Shown: one piece after another, positions 12,736 through 23,771 of the stretch
Numbering within the stretch: position 1 is the first letter of the stretch
Layout of the letters: each line of letters begins with the position of its first letter
Assembly (NCBI GenBank): GCA_041915645.1
Contig: JAYSBB010000001.1
Coordinates: 16,007-80,006, forward strand
DNA length: 64,000 nucleotides
DNA from: Tolumonas sp.
GTDB lineage: Bacteria > Pseudomonadota > Gammaproteobacteria > Enterobacterales > Aeromonadaceae
Direction: 5' to 3'
Position numbers and translations under genes: made by a program
The notes under the pieces: generated by a model
What the model saw: the letters and a program-made list of their open reading frames with translations, nothing else
Told to the model about the DNA's origin: nothing
The model's database searches: none

Positions 12736-13017
12736 TCAGGCATACATATCAACACGCAGCATTTGTTCAAGCTGGCTGCGGCGATCTTGAAGGGCAACAT
12801 CTTTATAAGCATAGATAGCCCGACTTTGTTTCGGGCTAGGTTGGTCGTAAGTTAACTTTTCTGCCGCCTCTTCCGCACCAGCAGCAAAAACCACAGAATC
12901 AGATTTGGTATTAGTCTGTTCAGCAGTTTCTTCACTGGCACGATCTTTCCCCGGATAGAGATAACCATCCGGTCGGCTTAAACCTGTGATCGAAAGATTG
13001 GTAGCAGCTATATTCAT
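12736..13017 (-). CDS. Hypothetical protein (93 aa)
   Basis: Fills the gap between tsaB and slp, co-oriented; C-terminal YDQPS..QSRAIYAY...VDMYA. Confidence 0.7.
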   Translation of the reverse strand: MNIAATNLSITGLSRPDGYLYPGKDRASEETAEQTNTKSDSVVFAAGAEEAAEKLTYDQPSPKQSRAIYAYKDVALQDRRSQLEQMLRVDMYA

Positions 13018-13048
13018 AGAAAACGGGTTAACTCATCCTGTTCACTAA

Positions 13049-13756
13049 TTATTCACGACCCGGCAGCTTTTTCCAAGTCACCTTATCACGTAAATATACG
13101 GGTGTAGCCAGAGATGGATCACAATACTCACCAGCCTGATACGCGCCAACCGCCTGTGGCAGCATATCCTGAGCCCATGGCAGATTTAATTCGACCTGAT
13201 TTTCGGTAGGTAACAGGCCCAGTTTCGCCGCTAATTCAGTGTAGCTGGTGAATCCGGTACCCACGGCAACGCCGCCCGCTATTTTTGCTGTCACCGCCTG
13301 CAGAAATTCAGCAGCTTGTTCCGGCAGAATAACTGCTTCATCAAGCACCGGTTGCATACGCCCATCTTGCAGCGTAAACGCACCCAAATAGATTTCATTC
13401 ATACGCGCATCTATCGCCGCAATTACCTTTTCCGCCTGCTGTCGACGGTAAGCGCCTTGTGCCAGCATCTGCAGCGTTGAAATACCAATCAGTGGCACAT
13501 TGGCACCATACGCCAAGCCTTGTGCCGCACCAATACCAATACGTACGCCAGTAAAAGAACCAGGGCCACGACCAAACGCAATAGCATCTAACCCTTGTAA
13601 TGATGCGCCCGCTTCCGCCAGTAATTCACTCACCATCGGCAAAATTAATCGGGTATGCCCCTGCGGCGCTACCTGTTCGCGGGTTAATACAGCATCGTTC
13701 CATAATAAGGCTGCAGAACAAGCTTCAGTGGCTGTATCAATCGCCAGAATTTTCAT
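13049..13756 (-). CDS. tsaB: tRNA threonylcarbamoyladenosine biosynthesis protein TsaB
   Basis: MKILAIDTATEACS, GPGSFTGVRIG, IDARMNE, PVYLR. Confidence 0.97.
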   Translation of the reverse strand: MKILAIDTATEACSAALLWNDAVLTREQVAPQGHTRLILPMVSELLAEAGASLQGLDAIAFGRGPGSFTGVRIGIGAAQGLAYGANVPLIGISTLQMLAQGAYRRQQAEKVIAAIDARMNEIYLGAFTLQDGRMQPVLDEAVILPEQAAEFLQAVTAKIAGGVAVGTGFTSYTELAAKLGLLPTENQVELNLPWAQDMLPQAVGAYQAGEYCDPSLATPVYLRDKVTWKKLPGRE

Positions 13757-15740
13757 CAGTAATCGTCTCTTCTTGTAATAATGATGGTTGTATTAAGGCC
13801 GGTTGTAATAAGGCAGCCGGCTCAACCACCGGCATGTCCGGTATTGTCCAGAATTCACTTAAACGTGTCAGATCCCGACAACGCGGGATCGGCGGCAAAC
13901 TTTTCAGGAATGCCGCACCATACGGTTTATTGACCAATCGCGGGTCACAGAGGATCAGGATACCACGATCCTGATAATCGCGGATCAATCGCCCTACCCC
14001 TTGCTTTAACACAATAACAGCTTCAGGTAATTGTAATTGCTGGAACGGATCGCCGCCTTGCAGACGACAATCTTCCATGCGCGCTTTCAGTAATGGTTCA
14101 TCCGGTGAAGTAAATGGTAACTTATCAATGATAACGCACGATAACGCGGCGCCGCGCACATCGACCCCTTCCCAGAAGGACGAAGTCGCCACCAACACGG
14201 CGTGCCCATCTGCAACAAAATCAGCCAAAATGCGCTGTTTATTATCATCACCTTGCACCAGCACTGTACGGTCGAGTTTATCGCGTAATACCTGCGCTAT
14301 CTGATTAACGCTGTTGTAGCTGGTACACAGAAAAAAACAGCCGCCCGGTACTTGTTCAATCACCGGTAGTAAACGCTCCGCCAGTTGCGTGGCACGCTGA
14401 TAATTTGACGTATCCGGTAAATTTCGTGGCACACACAGCAATGACTGATGCTCGTAATCAAACGGGCTATCTAACAGACAGGTATCGGCATCTTCCACGC
14501 CCATGCGCTGAGAGAAATAATTAAATTCCTCACCGACCGTGAGCGTCGCAGAGGTAAAAATCCAACTGCAACCAACCCGCATCACCTCTTGCGCAAAACG
14601 TTCCGCGATGGAAAGTGGTGTTACGTTTAAGGTGAAATGGCGTTTGGTCGTTTCATACCAATAAGCGGCCCCCACCTCAGTGATCGCCGTGACATGATCG
14701 ACTGAGGTCAGAAAGCCGGTTAAACGTTCAAAACAATTATTGATCTGTTCACCACGCCCTAATGCCAATTTACAGACGTCGTAGCAAAATTTGATGGTCT
14801 CTTTCAGGCGTTGTAAATCACGCTGCATGGCCGGTTGCGCCAGAATATCACGCAGATTGCCACGGGAAGGCTCTACACCAAACGACAAGCGCATTGCCTG
14901 ACAATCTTGAATCAAGCGATCCGCTGCTTTACCCAGTTGCGCCATATCCTTGGCTTCCAAGCGATAAGCTAAGCGTAACTCTTCAGCAACATCAGAAAGT
15001 TGGCGACTGGAGAGTGATTCACCAAAATACTGGCTGGCAATATCGGGTAATTGGTGCGCTTCATCGAAGATATAGACGTCGGCATCGGGCAGCAATTCAC
15101 CAAACCCGGTGTCTTTGACCGACATATCAGCAAAAAACAGATGATGATTGATCACCACCACCTGCGCATCGAGCGCTTTACGCCGTGCTTTGACCAGAAA
15201 ACAGGTTTCATAATCGGGGCATTCACGGCCTAAACAGTTGTCATTAGTGCTGGTAACAAACGGTAAAATCGGTGCTTGTTCCTGTAACCCCGGAATATCC
15301 GCGACATCACCACTGAGAGTTCGCGCCTTAAAATTACGCACCTTCGGCAAATCGGCAAACACGTCCGCAGCCAGAAAATGCATTTCCTGCTCCAACAACG
15401 CTAAACGATAAGTACAAAGATAGTTTGAGCGCCCCTTCAATTGAGCGACCGGTTTCCCGTATTGCATGGCTAATAGCAGAGTCGGCAGATCCCGCTCGTA
15501 AAGCTGATCTTGCAGGGCTTTAGAACCGGTACTGATGATGACGCGCTTGCCACTGTCTAAGGCAGGCACCAGATATGCGAACGTTTTTCCGGTGCCGGTG
15601 CCAGCTTCCACCAGCAAACGACCCGCACTCTTTATCGTTTTACTGACCGCATCTGCCATATGAACCTGAGCTTGGCGCGGCGCAAAACCAGGTATTGTCT
15701 TTGCAAGCAGACCGTTTTCAGCAAAATAATCGATATCCAA
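13737..15740 (-). CDS. yoaA: DinG-family Fe-S DNA helicase YoaA (probable TTG start)
   Basis: EAGTGTGKT, DEAH, Fe-S cysteines, SFWEGVD, KQGVGRLIR; adjacent to tsaB; AGGA SD before TTG at 15740. Confidence 0.93.
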   Translation of the reverse strand: MDIDYFAENGLLAKTIPGFAPRQAQVHMADAVSKTIKSAGRLLVEAGTGTGKTFAYLVPALDSGKRVIISTGSKALQDQLYERDLPTLLLAMQYGKPVAQLKGRSNYLCTYRLALLEQEMHFLAADVFADLPKVRNFKARTLSGDVADIPGLQEQAPILPFVTSTNDNCLGRECPDYETCFLVKARRKALDAQVVVINHHLFFADMSVKDTGFGELLPDADVYIFDEAHQLPDIASQYFGESLSSRQLSDVAEELRLAYRLEAKDMAQLGKAADRLIQDCQAMRLSFGVEPSRGNLRDILAQPAMQRDLQRLKETIKFCYDVCKLALGRGEQINNCFERLTGFLTSVDHVTAITEVGAAYWYETTKRHFTLNVTPLSIAERFAQEVMRVGCSWIFTSATLTVGEEFNYFSQRMGVEDADTCLLDSPFDYEHQSLLCVPRNLPDTSNYQRATQLAERLLPVIEQVPGGCFFLCTSYNSVNQIAQVLRDKLDRTVLVQGDDNKQRILADFVADGHAVLVATSSFWEGVDVRGAALSCVIIDKLPFTSPDEPLLKARMEDCRLQGGDPFQQLQLPEAVIVLKQGVGRLIRDYQDRGILILCDPRLVNKPYGAAFLKSLPPIPRCRDLTRLSEFWTIPDMPVVEPAALLQPALIQPSLLQEETITDENSGD
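13772..13816 (-). repeat. 3 x 15-bp imperfect tandem repeat in the yoaA 3' end
   Basis: cttgtaataatgatg / gttgtattaaggccg / gttgtaataaggcag, encoding ALLQP-ALIQP-SLLQE. Confidence 0.75.
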
Positions 15741-15791
15741 CGGGAATCCTGATACGAAATAGTGATGTAACAATTATATGGGAATTACATA

Positions 15792-15807
15792 TGTGACAGG
15801 AATAACA
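15792..15807. promoter_or_regulatory. Probable CRP site between yoaA and glgP
   Basis: TGTGA-CAGGAA-TAACA, one mismatch to TGTGA-N6-TCACA. Confidence 0.55.
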
Positions 15808-15963
15808 ACTCGAACAATACAGAAGATTCTACAGAGGACATTCGGTCAACATCATGCGAATCTCTAATAGCGCGCGCGATACACGACACAAAAAATAAGC
15901 TAATGTAGTTTACTGTATATTTTGTGGCCAAGACTTAACTGGTTTTAAAAAGAGGTAATCGCT

Positions 15964-18432
15964 ATGGTGAATCCTTTGGAGCAACAGCTGTTTGCACTGG
16001 ACAAGGATGAGTTTAAGCAAGAGATCGTTCACCATCTTCGCACCACACTGGGCACCAGTGAAAAGAAAGCAAGCAAACAAGCATGGTGGATGGCAACCTG
16101 CGCCACTATCAATCAGATGCTGTTCGACCGACTGACCAGCACACAACAGACTCACTTCAAGAAAGACACGCGTGCCGTGCACTACTTTTCAGCCGAATTC
16201 CTGATGGGACGACTGACCGCCAACAACCTGCATAATTTAGGGCTTTATCAAACGTGTGATGCCGCACTGAAAGAACTCGGTCTGGAATTGACTGATCTGT
16301 GCGAAGAAGAACCGGATATGGCTCTCGGTAACGGCGGTTTGGGTCGTTTGGCTGCCTGTTTTATTGATTCACTGGCAACGCTGGGTTATCCCGCACTGGG
16401 TTATGGCCTGCATTATGAGCATGGCTTGTTCCGTCAGGAGATCCGCGATGGCCGTCAGGTTGAACGTCCTGATTCATGGCGTGAATATGGCAACCCGTGG
16501 GAAATTTGCCGCCCGGAATCGGTGCAGGAAATTCCACTCTACGGTTATGTAGAAACCGTGTTTGGCGACGATTGCAAAGTACATAAAGTATGGCACCCAG
16601 GCCGCGTGATCAAAGGGGTACCTTGGGATATCCCAATCGTTGGCTTTGGTGCTCAGACCGTAAACATTCTGCGTTTGTGGGAATCTCGCGCGTCTGAATT
16701 CTTTGATTGGGATGTGTTTAACCACGGCGGTTATATCGACTCTCAGAAAGAAAAAGCCGAAGCAGAAACTATTTCCAAAGTGCTTTATCCGAATGATGAA
16801 ACAGAAGCGGGTAAAGAGCTGCGTCTGGTTCAGCAATATTTCTTCTGCGCCTGTTCCTTGAAAGACATTATGCGTCGTTACAAACGCACGCATACCGACT
16901 TCAAAGACTTTGCTGCTCAAATCGCCGTTCAGCTGAACGATACCCATCCGACTATCGCCATCCCTGAACTGATGCGTGAATTGATCGATGATGAAGGTCT
17001 GGAATGGCTCGATGCGTGGAATATTTGTAAGCAAGTATTCTCTTATACCAACCATACCTTGTTACCGGAAGCCCTCGAAACCTGGCCGGTTTACCTGTTT
17101 GAAAAGGTCTTACCACGTCATCTTGAGATCATTTATGAAATCAACGCTTACTTCCTGAAAAATGAAGTCGACGTGAAATGGCCAGGTGACAATGATGTGA
17201 AACGTAAACTTTCTATCATTGACGAAGGCAACCCACGTCGCGTGCGTATGGCAAACCTGTGTGTTGTTACTTCACACAAAGTAAATGGCGTGGCGGAAAT
17301 TCATTCCAAGCTGGTGAAAGAAGATCTGTTCCCAGAATTTAATGCCCTCTGGCCAGATAAATTCTGCAACGTCACCAACGGTGTCACTCCTCGTCGCTGG
17401 TTGCTCTCTTGTAATCAGGAGCTGGCAAATCTGTTTACCGAAACCGTCGGTACGGAGTGGCCATTAAATCTGGATGCACTGCAACAACTGACCAAACATG
17501 CGGATGATGCGGCATTCCAGAAGAAATTCATGGATATCAAGCGCCACAACAAAGAAAAACTGGTGAAAGTCATTAAGGCAGAAACCGGTATTGAAGTAAG
17601 TGCCGAGGCTATTTTTGATATTCAAATCAAACGTCTGCATGAGTACAAACGTCAGCAATTGAACCTGCTGCACATTTTAGTGCTCTACCGTCGTCTGCTG
17701 CTGAACCCGGAATATGACATGCACCCACGTGTATTCATCTTCGGTTCAAAAGCGGCACCGGGCTATCGTGTGGCCAAAGACATCATTTACGCCATCAATA
17801 AAATTGGTGAGCGCATTAATGCTGATCAGCGGATCAACGGCAAACTGAAAGTCGTGTTTATGCCAAACTATCGCGTCAGTCTGGCAGAAAAACTGATCCC
17901 AGCAGCCGATGTTTCTGAACAGATCTCAACCGCCGGTTATGAAGCATCTGGTACAGGTAACATGAAACTGGCGATGAACGGTGCTATCACGATTGGTACG
18001 TTGGATGGCGCTAACATCGAGATCGCCGAAGAAGTGGGCGAAGATAATTGTGTCATCTTCGGTTTAACCGTTGAAGAAGTGAAAAGCCTGAAGGCGCAAG
18101 GTTATAACCCTTGGGATTATTACTATGCGAACCCAGAAATTAAATCCGCTCTGGATTGGCTGGACACCGACTACTTCACACCGGGTCACCCGGGTGAGCT
18201 GCAATCGATCAAGAAATCACTGCTTGATTGGGGCGACACTTATCTGACGCTAGCCGATTTTGCTTCTTACGATGCGGCACATAAGCGTATAGATGCACTG
18301 TATCGTGATAAAGCAGGCTGGGCCAAAATGGCGATCATTAATGCTGCATCAGTGGGCAAATTTAACTCTGACCGCTCGATCCAGGATTATGTCCGTCAAA
18401 TCTGGCATCTGGAGCCATGTAACATCGCTTGA
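15964..18432 (+). CDS. glgP: Glycogen/maltodextrin phosphorylase
   Basis: [38 protein letters not shown] (PLP lysine); glgP versus malP not separable by eye. Confidence 0.93.
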   Translation: MVNPLEQQLFALDKDEFKQEIVHHLRTTLGTSEKKASKQAWWMATCATINQMLFDRLTSTQQTHFKKDTRAVHYFSAEFLMGRLTANNLHNLGLYQTCDAALKELGLELTDLCEEEPDMALGNGGLGRLAACFIDSLATLGYPALGYGLHYEHGLFRQEIRDGRQVERPDSWREYGNPWEICRPESVQEIPLYGYVETVFGDDCKVHKVWHPGRVIKGVPWDIPIVGFGAQTVNILRLWESRASEFFDWDVFNHGGYIDSQKEKAEAETISKVLYPNDETEAGKELRLVQQYFFCACSLKDIMRRYKRTHTDFKDFAAQIAVQLNDTHPTIAIPELMRELIDDEGLEWLDAWNICKQVFSYTNHTLLPEALETWPVYLFEKVLPRHLEIIYEINAYFLKNEVDVKWPGDNDVKRKLSIIDEGNPRRVRMANLCVVTSHKVNGVAEIHSKLVKEDLFPEFNALWPDKFCNVTNGVTPRRWLLSCNQELANLFTETVGTEWPLNLDALQQLTKHADDAAFQKKFMDIKRHNKEKLVKVIKAETGIEVSAEAIFDIQIKRLHEYKRQQLNLLHILVLYRRLLLNPEYDMHPRVFIFGSKAAPGYRVAKDIIYAINKIGERINADQRINGKLKVVFMPNYRVSLAEKLIPAADVSEQISTAGYEASGTGNMKLAMNGAITIGTLDGANIEIAEEVGEDNCVIFGLTVEEVKSLKAQGYNPWDYYYANPEIKSALDWLDTDYFTPGHPGELQSIKKSLLDWGDTYLTLADFASYDAAHKRIDALYRDKAGWAKMAIINAASVGKFNSDRSIQDYVRQIWHLEPCNIA

Positions 18433-18468
18433 TTGCACCATAATCGTAATCAAACCTCATAATCGCCT

Positions 18469-18499
18469 AAGCCATCGCCCTCTGCGGTGGCTTTTTTTT
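18469..18499 (+). terminator. Intrinsic terminator after glgP
   Basis: AGCCATCGC-CCTCT-GCGGTGGCT followed by a T-run. Confidence 0.8.
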
Positions 18500-18610
18500 A
18501 TCTTTTCCTATCAAAAATCAGCAGATTATTTGACCTGTTTTCCTCTGCGTTACGTAAATAGCTATTAGTCGTTAAATGTTTGTTTATTTTTTGACATTCA
18601 GGAGCCGGAG

Positions 18611-18626
18611 TGGCACAACAATAGCT
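18611..18626 (+). promoter_or_regulatory. sigma54 -24/-12 promoter of yeaG-yeaH-ycgB
   Basis: TGGCAC-AACAA-TAGCT (GG-N10-GC); IHF consensus AATCAGCAGATTA at 18516-18528; yeaGH is sigma54/NtrC-linked in E. coli. Confidence 0.65.
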
Positions 18627-18803
18627 ACAGAATATTCGGAATGTGTTTTTTTGTACCAGATGGCACTGCTTAATGGTCGGCAACTACAGGATTTATGAAG
18701 ACTTTCTGACACCATTGGCAAAATGTCGTCTAGGCTTACAAATGAAACAGATGCATGTAGCCCCATCACGAATGGGACTCATCTCAGTATTGGGGGAGAA
18801 GCT

Positions 18804-20729
18804 ATGGGTATTTTTGATCATTATCAGCGCCGTTACGAAGCTGCCAGAGAAGAAGAATACACACTTCAGGAATTTCTGGAGTTGTGCCGTAATGACCGTT
18901 CTTGCTATGTCTCCGCTGCAGAGCGCCTGTTGCTGGCTATTGGTGAACCAGAAATGGTCGATACGGCACTGGAACCACGCCTCAGCCGGATTTTTTCCAA
19001 CCGCATATTGTCACGTTATCCTGCGTTCAAAGATGACTTCTACGGCATGGAAGAAGCCATTGAACAGATCGTGGCCTACCTGAAACATTCAGCCCAAGGC
19101 TTGGAAGAGAAGAAACAGATCCTGTATCTGTTAGGCCCGGTCGGGGGTGGTAAATCATCGCTGGCGGAAAAATTAAAATCATTGATGCAAAAAATACCGA
19201 TTTATCGCATCAAGGGTTCTCCAGTGAACGATCACCCATTTTGCCTGTTTGACGTCAATGAAGATGGCAAAATTCTTGAACAGGAATATGGCATTCCTAA
19301 ACGCTACCTGAAAAACATCATGTCGCCTTGGGTTGCGAAACGTCTGCATGAATTTGGCGGTGATATCAGCAAATTCAAAGTGGAAAAAGTTTACCCATCT
19401 ATTCTGGATCAGATTGCGATTGCCAAAACTGAACCGGGTGATGAAAACAATCAGGATATTTCCGCGCTGGTCGGTAAAGTCGACATTCGTAAACTGGAGC
19501 ATTATGCTCAGAACGATGCCGATGCTTACGCGTATTCCGGCTCATTATGCCTTGCCAATCAAGGCTTAATGGAATTTGTGGAAATGTTCAAAGCACCCAT
19601 CAAAGTGCTGCATCCGTTACTGACAGCTACTCAGGAAGGCAACTATAACGGCACAGAAGGGCTTTCCGCCCTGCCCTTTGATGGCATTATTTTGGCGCAT
19701 TCCAATGAATCGGAATGGCAGCAATTTCGTAACAACAAAAACAATGAAGCCTTCCTTGACCGTGTTTATATCGTCAAGGTGCCTTATTGCCTGCGCGTCT
19801 CTGAAGAGATGCACATCTACGAAAAATTGCTGATGCACAGTGAACTGGTACAAGCCAAATGCGCACCAGGCACACTGGAATATCTGGCACAGTTCAGCAT
19901 TCTGTCACGTCTGAAAGAGCCGGAAAACTCCAGTATTTACTCGAAGATGCGGGTGTATAACGGCGAAAGCCTGAAAGACACCGATCCGAAGGCGAAGTCT
20001 TATCAGGAATATCGCGACTATGCCGGTATTGATGAAGGCATGTCCGGTCTGTCGACTCGTTTTGCCTTTAAAATCTTGTCGCGGGTATTTAACTTCGACC
20101 ACACCGAAGTAGCGGCGAACCCGGTGCATCTGTTCTACGTGCTGGAACAACAGATTGAACGTGAGCAATTCCCGCAAGAGTTGCACGATCGTTATCTGGA
20201 ATTCATTAAAGGCTTCCTTGTTCCGCGTTATGTGGAATTTATCGGTAAAGAAATACAGACCGCGTATCTGGAGTCTTACTCCGAATACGGTCAGAACATT
20301 TTCGATCGCTATGTGACTTATGCTGATTTCTGGATCCAGGATCAGGAATATCGTGACCCTGAAACCGGCCAGCTGTTTGACCGCAGTTCATTAAACAGCG
20401 AGCTGGAAAAAATCGAGAAACCAGCCGGTATCAGCAATCCAAAAGATTTCCGTAACGAGATTGTGAACTTCGTGCTGCGTGCACGTGCGAACAATGCCGG
20501 CCGGAATCCGAACTGGACCAGCTATGAAAAACTACGTGCTGTGATCGAGAAGAAAATGTTCTCTAACACCGAAGACTTGTTGCCGGTGATCTCGTTCAAC
20601 ACCAAAACATCTGCCGATGAGATGAAGAAACATGAAAACTTCGTCGAACGGATGATGGAAAAAGGTTACACCCGCAAGCAAGTTCGCCTGCTCTCCGAGT
20701 GGTATCTGCGTGTACGCAAATCCACTTAG
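18804..20729 (+). CDS. yeaG: PrkA-family serine kinase / AAA+ protein YeaG
   Basis: MGIFDHY start after GGGGGAG SD; [24 protein letters not shown]. Confidence 0.96.
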   Translation: MGIFDHYQRRYEAAREEEYTLQEFLELCRNDRSCYVSAAERLLLAIGEPEMVDTALEPRLSRIFSNRILSRYPAFKDDFYGMEEAIEQIVAYLKHSAQGLEEKKQILYLLGPVGGGKSSLAEKLKSLMQKIPIYRIKGSPVNDHPFCLFDVNEDGKILEQEYGIPKRYLKNIMSPWVAKRLHEFGGDISKFKVEKVYPSILDQIAIAKTEPGDENNQDISALVGKVDIRKLEHYAQNDADAYAYSGSLCLANQGLMEFVEMFKAPIKVLHPLLTATQEGNYNGTEGLSALPFDGIILAHSNESEWQQFRNNKNNEAFLDRVYIVKVPYCLRVSEEMHIYEKLLMHSELVQAKCAPGTLEYLAQFSILSRLKEPENSSIYSKMRVYNGESLKDTDPKAKSYQEYRDYAGIDEGMSGLSTRFAFKILSRVFNFDHTEVAANPVHLFYVLEQQIEREQFPQELHDRYLEFIKGFLVPRYVEFIGKEIQTAYLESYSEYGQNIFDRYVTYADFWIQDQEYRDPETGQLFDRSSLNSELEKIEKPAGISNPKDFRNEIVNFVLRARANNAGRNPNWTSYEKLRAVIEKKMFSNTEDLLPVISFNTKTSADEMKKHENFVERMMEKGYTRKQVRLLSEWYLRVRKST

Positions 20730-20749
20730 TGGATGAGGAGATCAAAGCT

Positions 20750-22018
20750 ATGGTCCATTTCATCGACAGACGATTGAATGGTAAAAACAAAAGTGCGGTG
20801 AACCGGCAACGGTTCATCCGCCGCTATAAATCGCAGATAAAAAAGGCGGTATCTGATGCGGTAGCGAAACGCAGCATTCAAGATATTGAAAGCGGCGAGA
20901 ACATTCGCATTCCGACCAAAGACATTACTGAACCCACTTTTCATCAAGGAAAAGGCGGACACCGTGAAATGGTACATCCGGGTAATGACCGATTTGTGAC
21001 CGGAGAACATATCGATCGTCCGGAAGGCGGTGGCGGTAAAGGTGGCAGCGGCAGTGGTGATGCTAGTGACAGCGGTGAAGGTGCCGATGAATTTACCTTT
21101 GAAATTTCAAAAGACGAATATCTCGATCTGCTGTTTGACGATCTGGAACTTCCGAATATGGAAAAAAACCAGATCACCAAACTGGTAGAAACCAAAAATG
21201 TGCGCGCCGGTTACACCGCCAATGGTGTACCTACCAACATCAATATCGTGCGCTCATTGCAAAATTCACTGGCCCGTCGAGTAGCGTTGCAGACCGGTAA
21301 AAAACGCCAGTTAGCCGAATTGGAAGAACAGTTAGCCGCGTTAGGTAACACTGAAGAAGATGCCAGCGAACGGCTGTTGCTGGAAAAAGAAATTGCTGAA
21401 TTGAAACGCCGGATCGAAGCGGTTCCCTTCATTGATACATTCGATCTGCGCTTTAATAACTTCGTGAAGCGGCCTGTGCCATCCAGTCAGGCGGTCATGT
21501 TCTGTCTGATGGATGTCTCCGGCTCCATGGATCAACCAACAAAAGATATGGCAAAACGTTTTTATATCCTGCTCTATCTGTTCTTAACCCGAACCTATAA
21601 AAACGTTGAGGTGGTCTTTATTCGCCACCACACGCAAGCAAAAGAAGTGAACGAGCACGATTTCTTCTATTCACAGGAAACCGGCGGCACCATTGTTTCC
21701 AGTGCTCTGGAATTGATGAGCGAGATCATGCATAGCCGTTATCCGGCCAGTGAATGGAATATCTACGCAGCTCAGGCTTCCGATGGTGATAACTGGGCGG
21801 ATGACTCACCGCATTGTCGCAAGTTATTAGAAGAGCAAATTATGCCGTGGGTTCGTTATTTTTCATACATCGAGATAACCACACGGGCGCATCAAAGTCT
21901 GTGGTTCCAATATGAAGAGCTGGCTAAACAGTTCCCCCATTTTGCTATGGAGAATATTCGCAAACAGGAAGATATCTATCCGGTGTTCCGCGAACTATTT
22001 AAAAAACAAGCCGCCTAG
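20750..22018 (+). CDS. yeaH: YeaH/YhbH family protein (vWA-like)
   Basis: [34 protein letters not shown]. Confidence 0.95.
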   Translation: MVHFIDRRLNGKNKSAVNRQRFIRRYKSQIKKAVSDAVAKRSIQDIESGENIRIPTKDITEPTFHQGKGGHREMVHPGNDRFVTGEHIDRPEGGGGKGGSGSGDASDSGEGADEFTFEISKDEYLDLLFDDLELPNMEKNQITKLVETKNVRAGYTANGVPTNINIVRSLQNSLARRVALQTGKKRQLAELEEQLAALGNTEEDASERLLLEKEIAELKRRIEAVPFIDTFDLRFNNFVKRPVPSSQAVMFCLMDVSGSMDQPTKDMAKRFYILLYLFLTRTYKNVEVVFIRHHTQAKEVNEHDFFYSQETGGTIVSSALELMSEIMHSRYPASEWNIYAAQASDGDNWADDSPHCRKLLEEQIMPWVRYFSYIEITTRAHQSLWFQYEELAKQFPHFAMENIRKQEDIYPVFRELFKKQAA

Positions 22019-22031
22019 AGCAGGAGGGAGC

Positions 22032-23570
22032 ATGAGCGAAGCCGAAGCCATGGTTAAAGAGGCCAGCAGAGTAACCCTGCCCGATGGGCCAGACTGGACC
22101 TTTGAATTACTGGATATTTACCAGAAAGAGATAGCGCGTGTTGCAAAACATTACCGCCTCAGCGCCTATCCAAACCAAATTGAAGTCATTACTGCAGAAC
22201 AGATGATGGATGCATATTCCAGTGTTGGTATGCCGATTGGTTATCACCACTGGTCTTTTGGTAAGAAATTTATCTCCACGGAACAACATTACAAACGCGG
22301 TCAGATGGGGTTAGCCTACGAAATTGTCATTAACTCCGACCCCTGTATCGCCTATTTGATGGAAGAAAACAGCATCACCATGCAAGCGTTGGTGATCGCG
22401 CATGCCTGTTACGGACACAACTCGTTCTTCAAAAATAACTACTTGTTCAAGACCTGGACTGATGCCAGCTCCATCATTGACTATCTGGTGTTTGCCCGTA
22501 ATTACATCACTCAGTGTGAAGAAAAATATGGCATTGATGAGGTCGAAAGCCTGCTAGACGCTTGTCATGCGCTCATGAGTTACGGGGTCGATCGCTATAA
22601 ACGCCCGCAAAAATTGTCATTATCAGAAGAGCGGCGCCGGCAAAAACGTCGTGAAGAATATCTGCAAAGTCAGGTGAATGAGCTTTGGCGCACACTGCCA
22701 AAACGCCGCCAACAGGAAGATGATGCCTTATTAGGGCAACGCTACCCAGCAGAACCGGAAGAAAACATTCTCTATTTTCTGGAAAAAAACTCCCCGTTGC
22801 TGGAATTGTGGCAGCGGGAAATTATTCGCATCGTGCGTAAAATCAGCCAGTATTTTTACCCGCAAAAACAAACGCAGGTAATGAACGAAGGCTGGGCAAC
22901 CTTCTGGCATTACACCATCTTGAATCACCTGTATGACGAGGGAAAACTGAGTGACCGGTTTATGCTGGAGTTTCTGCATAATCACACCAACGTGGTCGCT
23001 CAACCGCCATATAACAGCCCTTATTATTCCGGCATCAACCCATATGCACTAGGCTTTGCCATGTTTCAGGATCTACGCCGGATATGTGAAAACCCGACCG
23101 ATGAAGATCGTGCCTGGTTCCCGGATTACGCGGGCAGTAATTGGTTAGATACCTTGCACTATGCAATGGAAAACTTTAAAGACGAGAGTTTTATCAGCCA
23201 GTTTTTAAGCCCGAAAGTAATGCGTGATTTCCATCTGTTTGCAATTGAAGACGACGATCAGAAAGATTTTATTGAGGTCGCCGCTATTCACAACGAAGAC
23301 GGATATCGCAAACTGCGCCACAAGCTGTCGGCGCAATATAACCTTGGTGAGCATGAACCCAACATTCAGGTTTATAACGTCGATCTGCGAGGTGATCGTA
23401 CACTTACTTTGCGCTATTACGCTAACAACCGCATTCCGTTAGCTGACTCCGCACAGGAAGTGATGAAACACCTGCATTACATCTGGAAATTTGATGTGGT
23501 TTTGGAGCAAGAAAACCCCGATGGGCAAGTGCTTCCTATTGCCACAACCAAAAAAACAGCTCACGTCTGA
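22032..23570 (+). CDS. ycgB: SpoVR-family protein YcgB
   Basis: GPDWTFEL, HWSFGK, HACYGHNSFF, QVMNEGWATFWHY. Confidence 0.95.
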   Translation: MSEAEAMVKEASRVTLPDGPDWTFELLDIYQKEIARVAKHYRLSAYPNQIEVITAEQMMDAYSSVGMPIGYHHWSFGKKFISTEQHYKRGQMGLAYEIVINSDPCIAYLMEENSITMQALVIAHACYGHNSFFKNNYLFKTWTDASSIIDYLVFARNYITQCEEKYGIDEVESLLDACHALMSYGVDRYKRPQKLSLSEERRRQKRREEYLQSQVNELWRTLPKRRQQEDDALLGQRYPAEPEENILYFLEKNSPLLELWQREIIRIVRKISQYFYPQKQTQVMNEGWATFWHYTILNHLYDEGKLSDRFMLEFLHNHTNVVAQPPYNSPYYSGINPYALGFAMFQDLRRICENPTDEDRAWFPDYAGSNWLDTLHYAMENFKDESFISQFLSPKVMRDFHLFAIEDDDQKDFIEVAAIHNEDGYRKLRHKLSAQYNLGEHEPNIQVYNVDLRGDRTLTLRYYANNRIPLADSAQEVMKHLHYIWKFDVVLEQENPDGQVLPIATTKKTAHV

Positions 23571-23583
23571 GACCTGCAACTCC

Positions 23584-23629
23584 AACCGTTTATGGCGTTT
23601 TAACCACGCCGTAAGCGGTTTTTCCTTTT
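23584..23629 (+). terminator. Intrinsic terminator after ycgB
   Basis: AACCGTTTATGGCG...CGCCGTAAGCGGTT stem then a T-rich tail. Confidence 0.7.
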
Positions 23630-23771
23630 ATTTTCCGCCAGCCTAAGTTTCGCCTATATCACAGTCTGAGCTAACTCTGCATTTGTACTAGAGTTTTTGA
23701 CTATGCTTATATTGAAAATCGCATTCCTGACCTTATTTTAACATCATCATTTACTGTAACAGGTGCGTGAT

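Noticed and set aside
15913-15928. LexA-like CTGTATAT upstream of yoaA; also CTGGATAAATCGTGAG at 53661-53676
   Set aside because: Both lack the CAG half of CTG-N10-CAG.
18661-18677. Second TGGCAC upstream of yeaG
   Set aside because: No GC at the -12 position; the 18611 site fits better.
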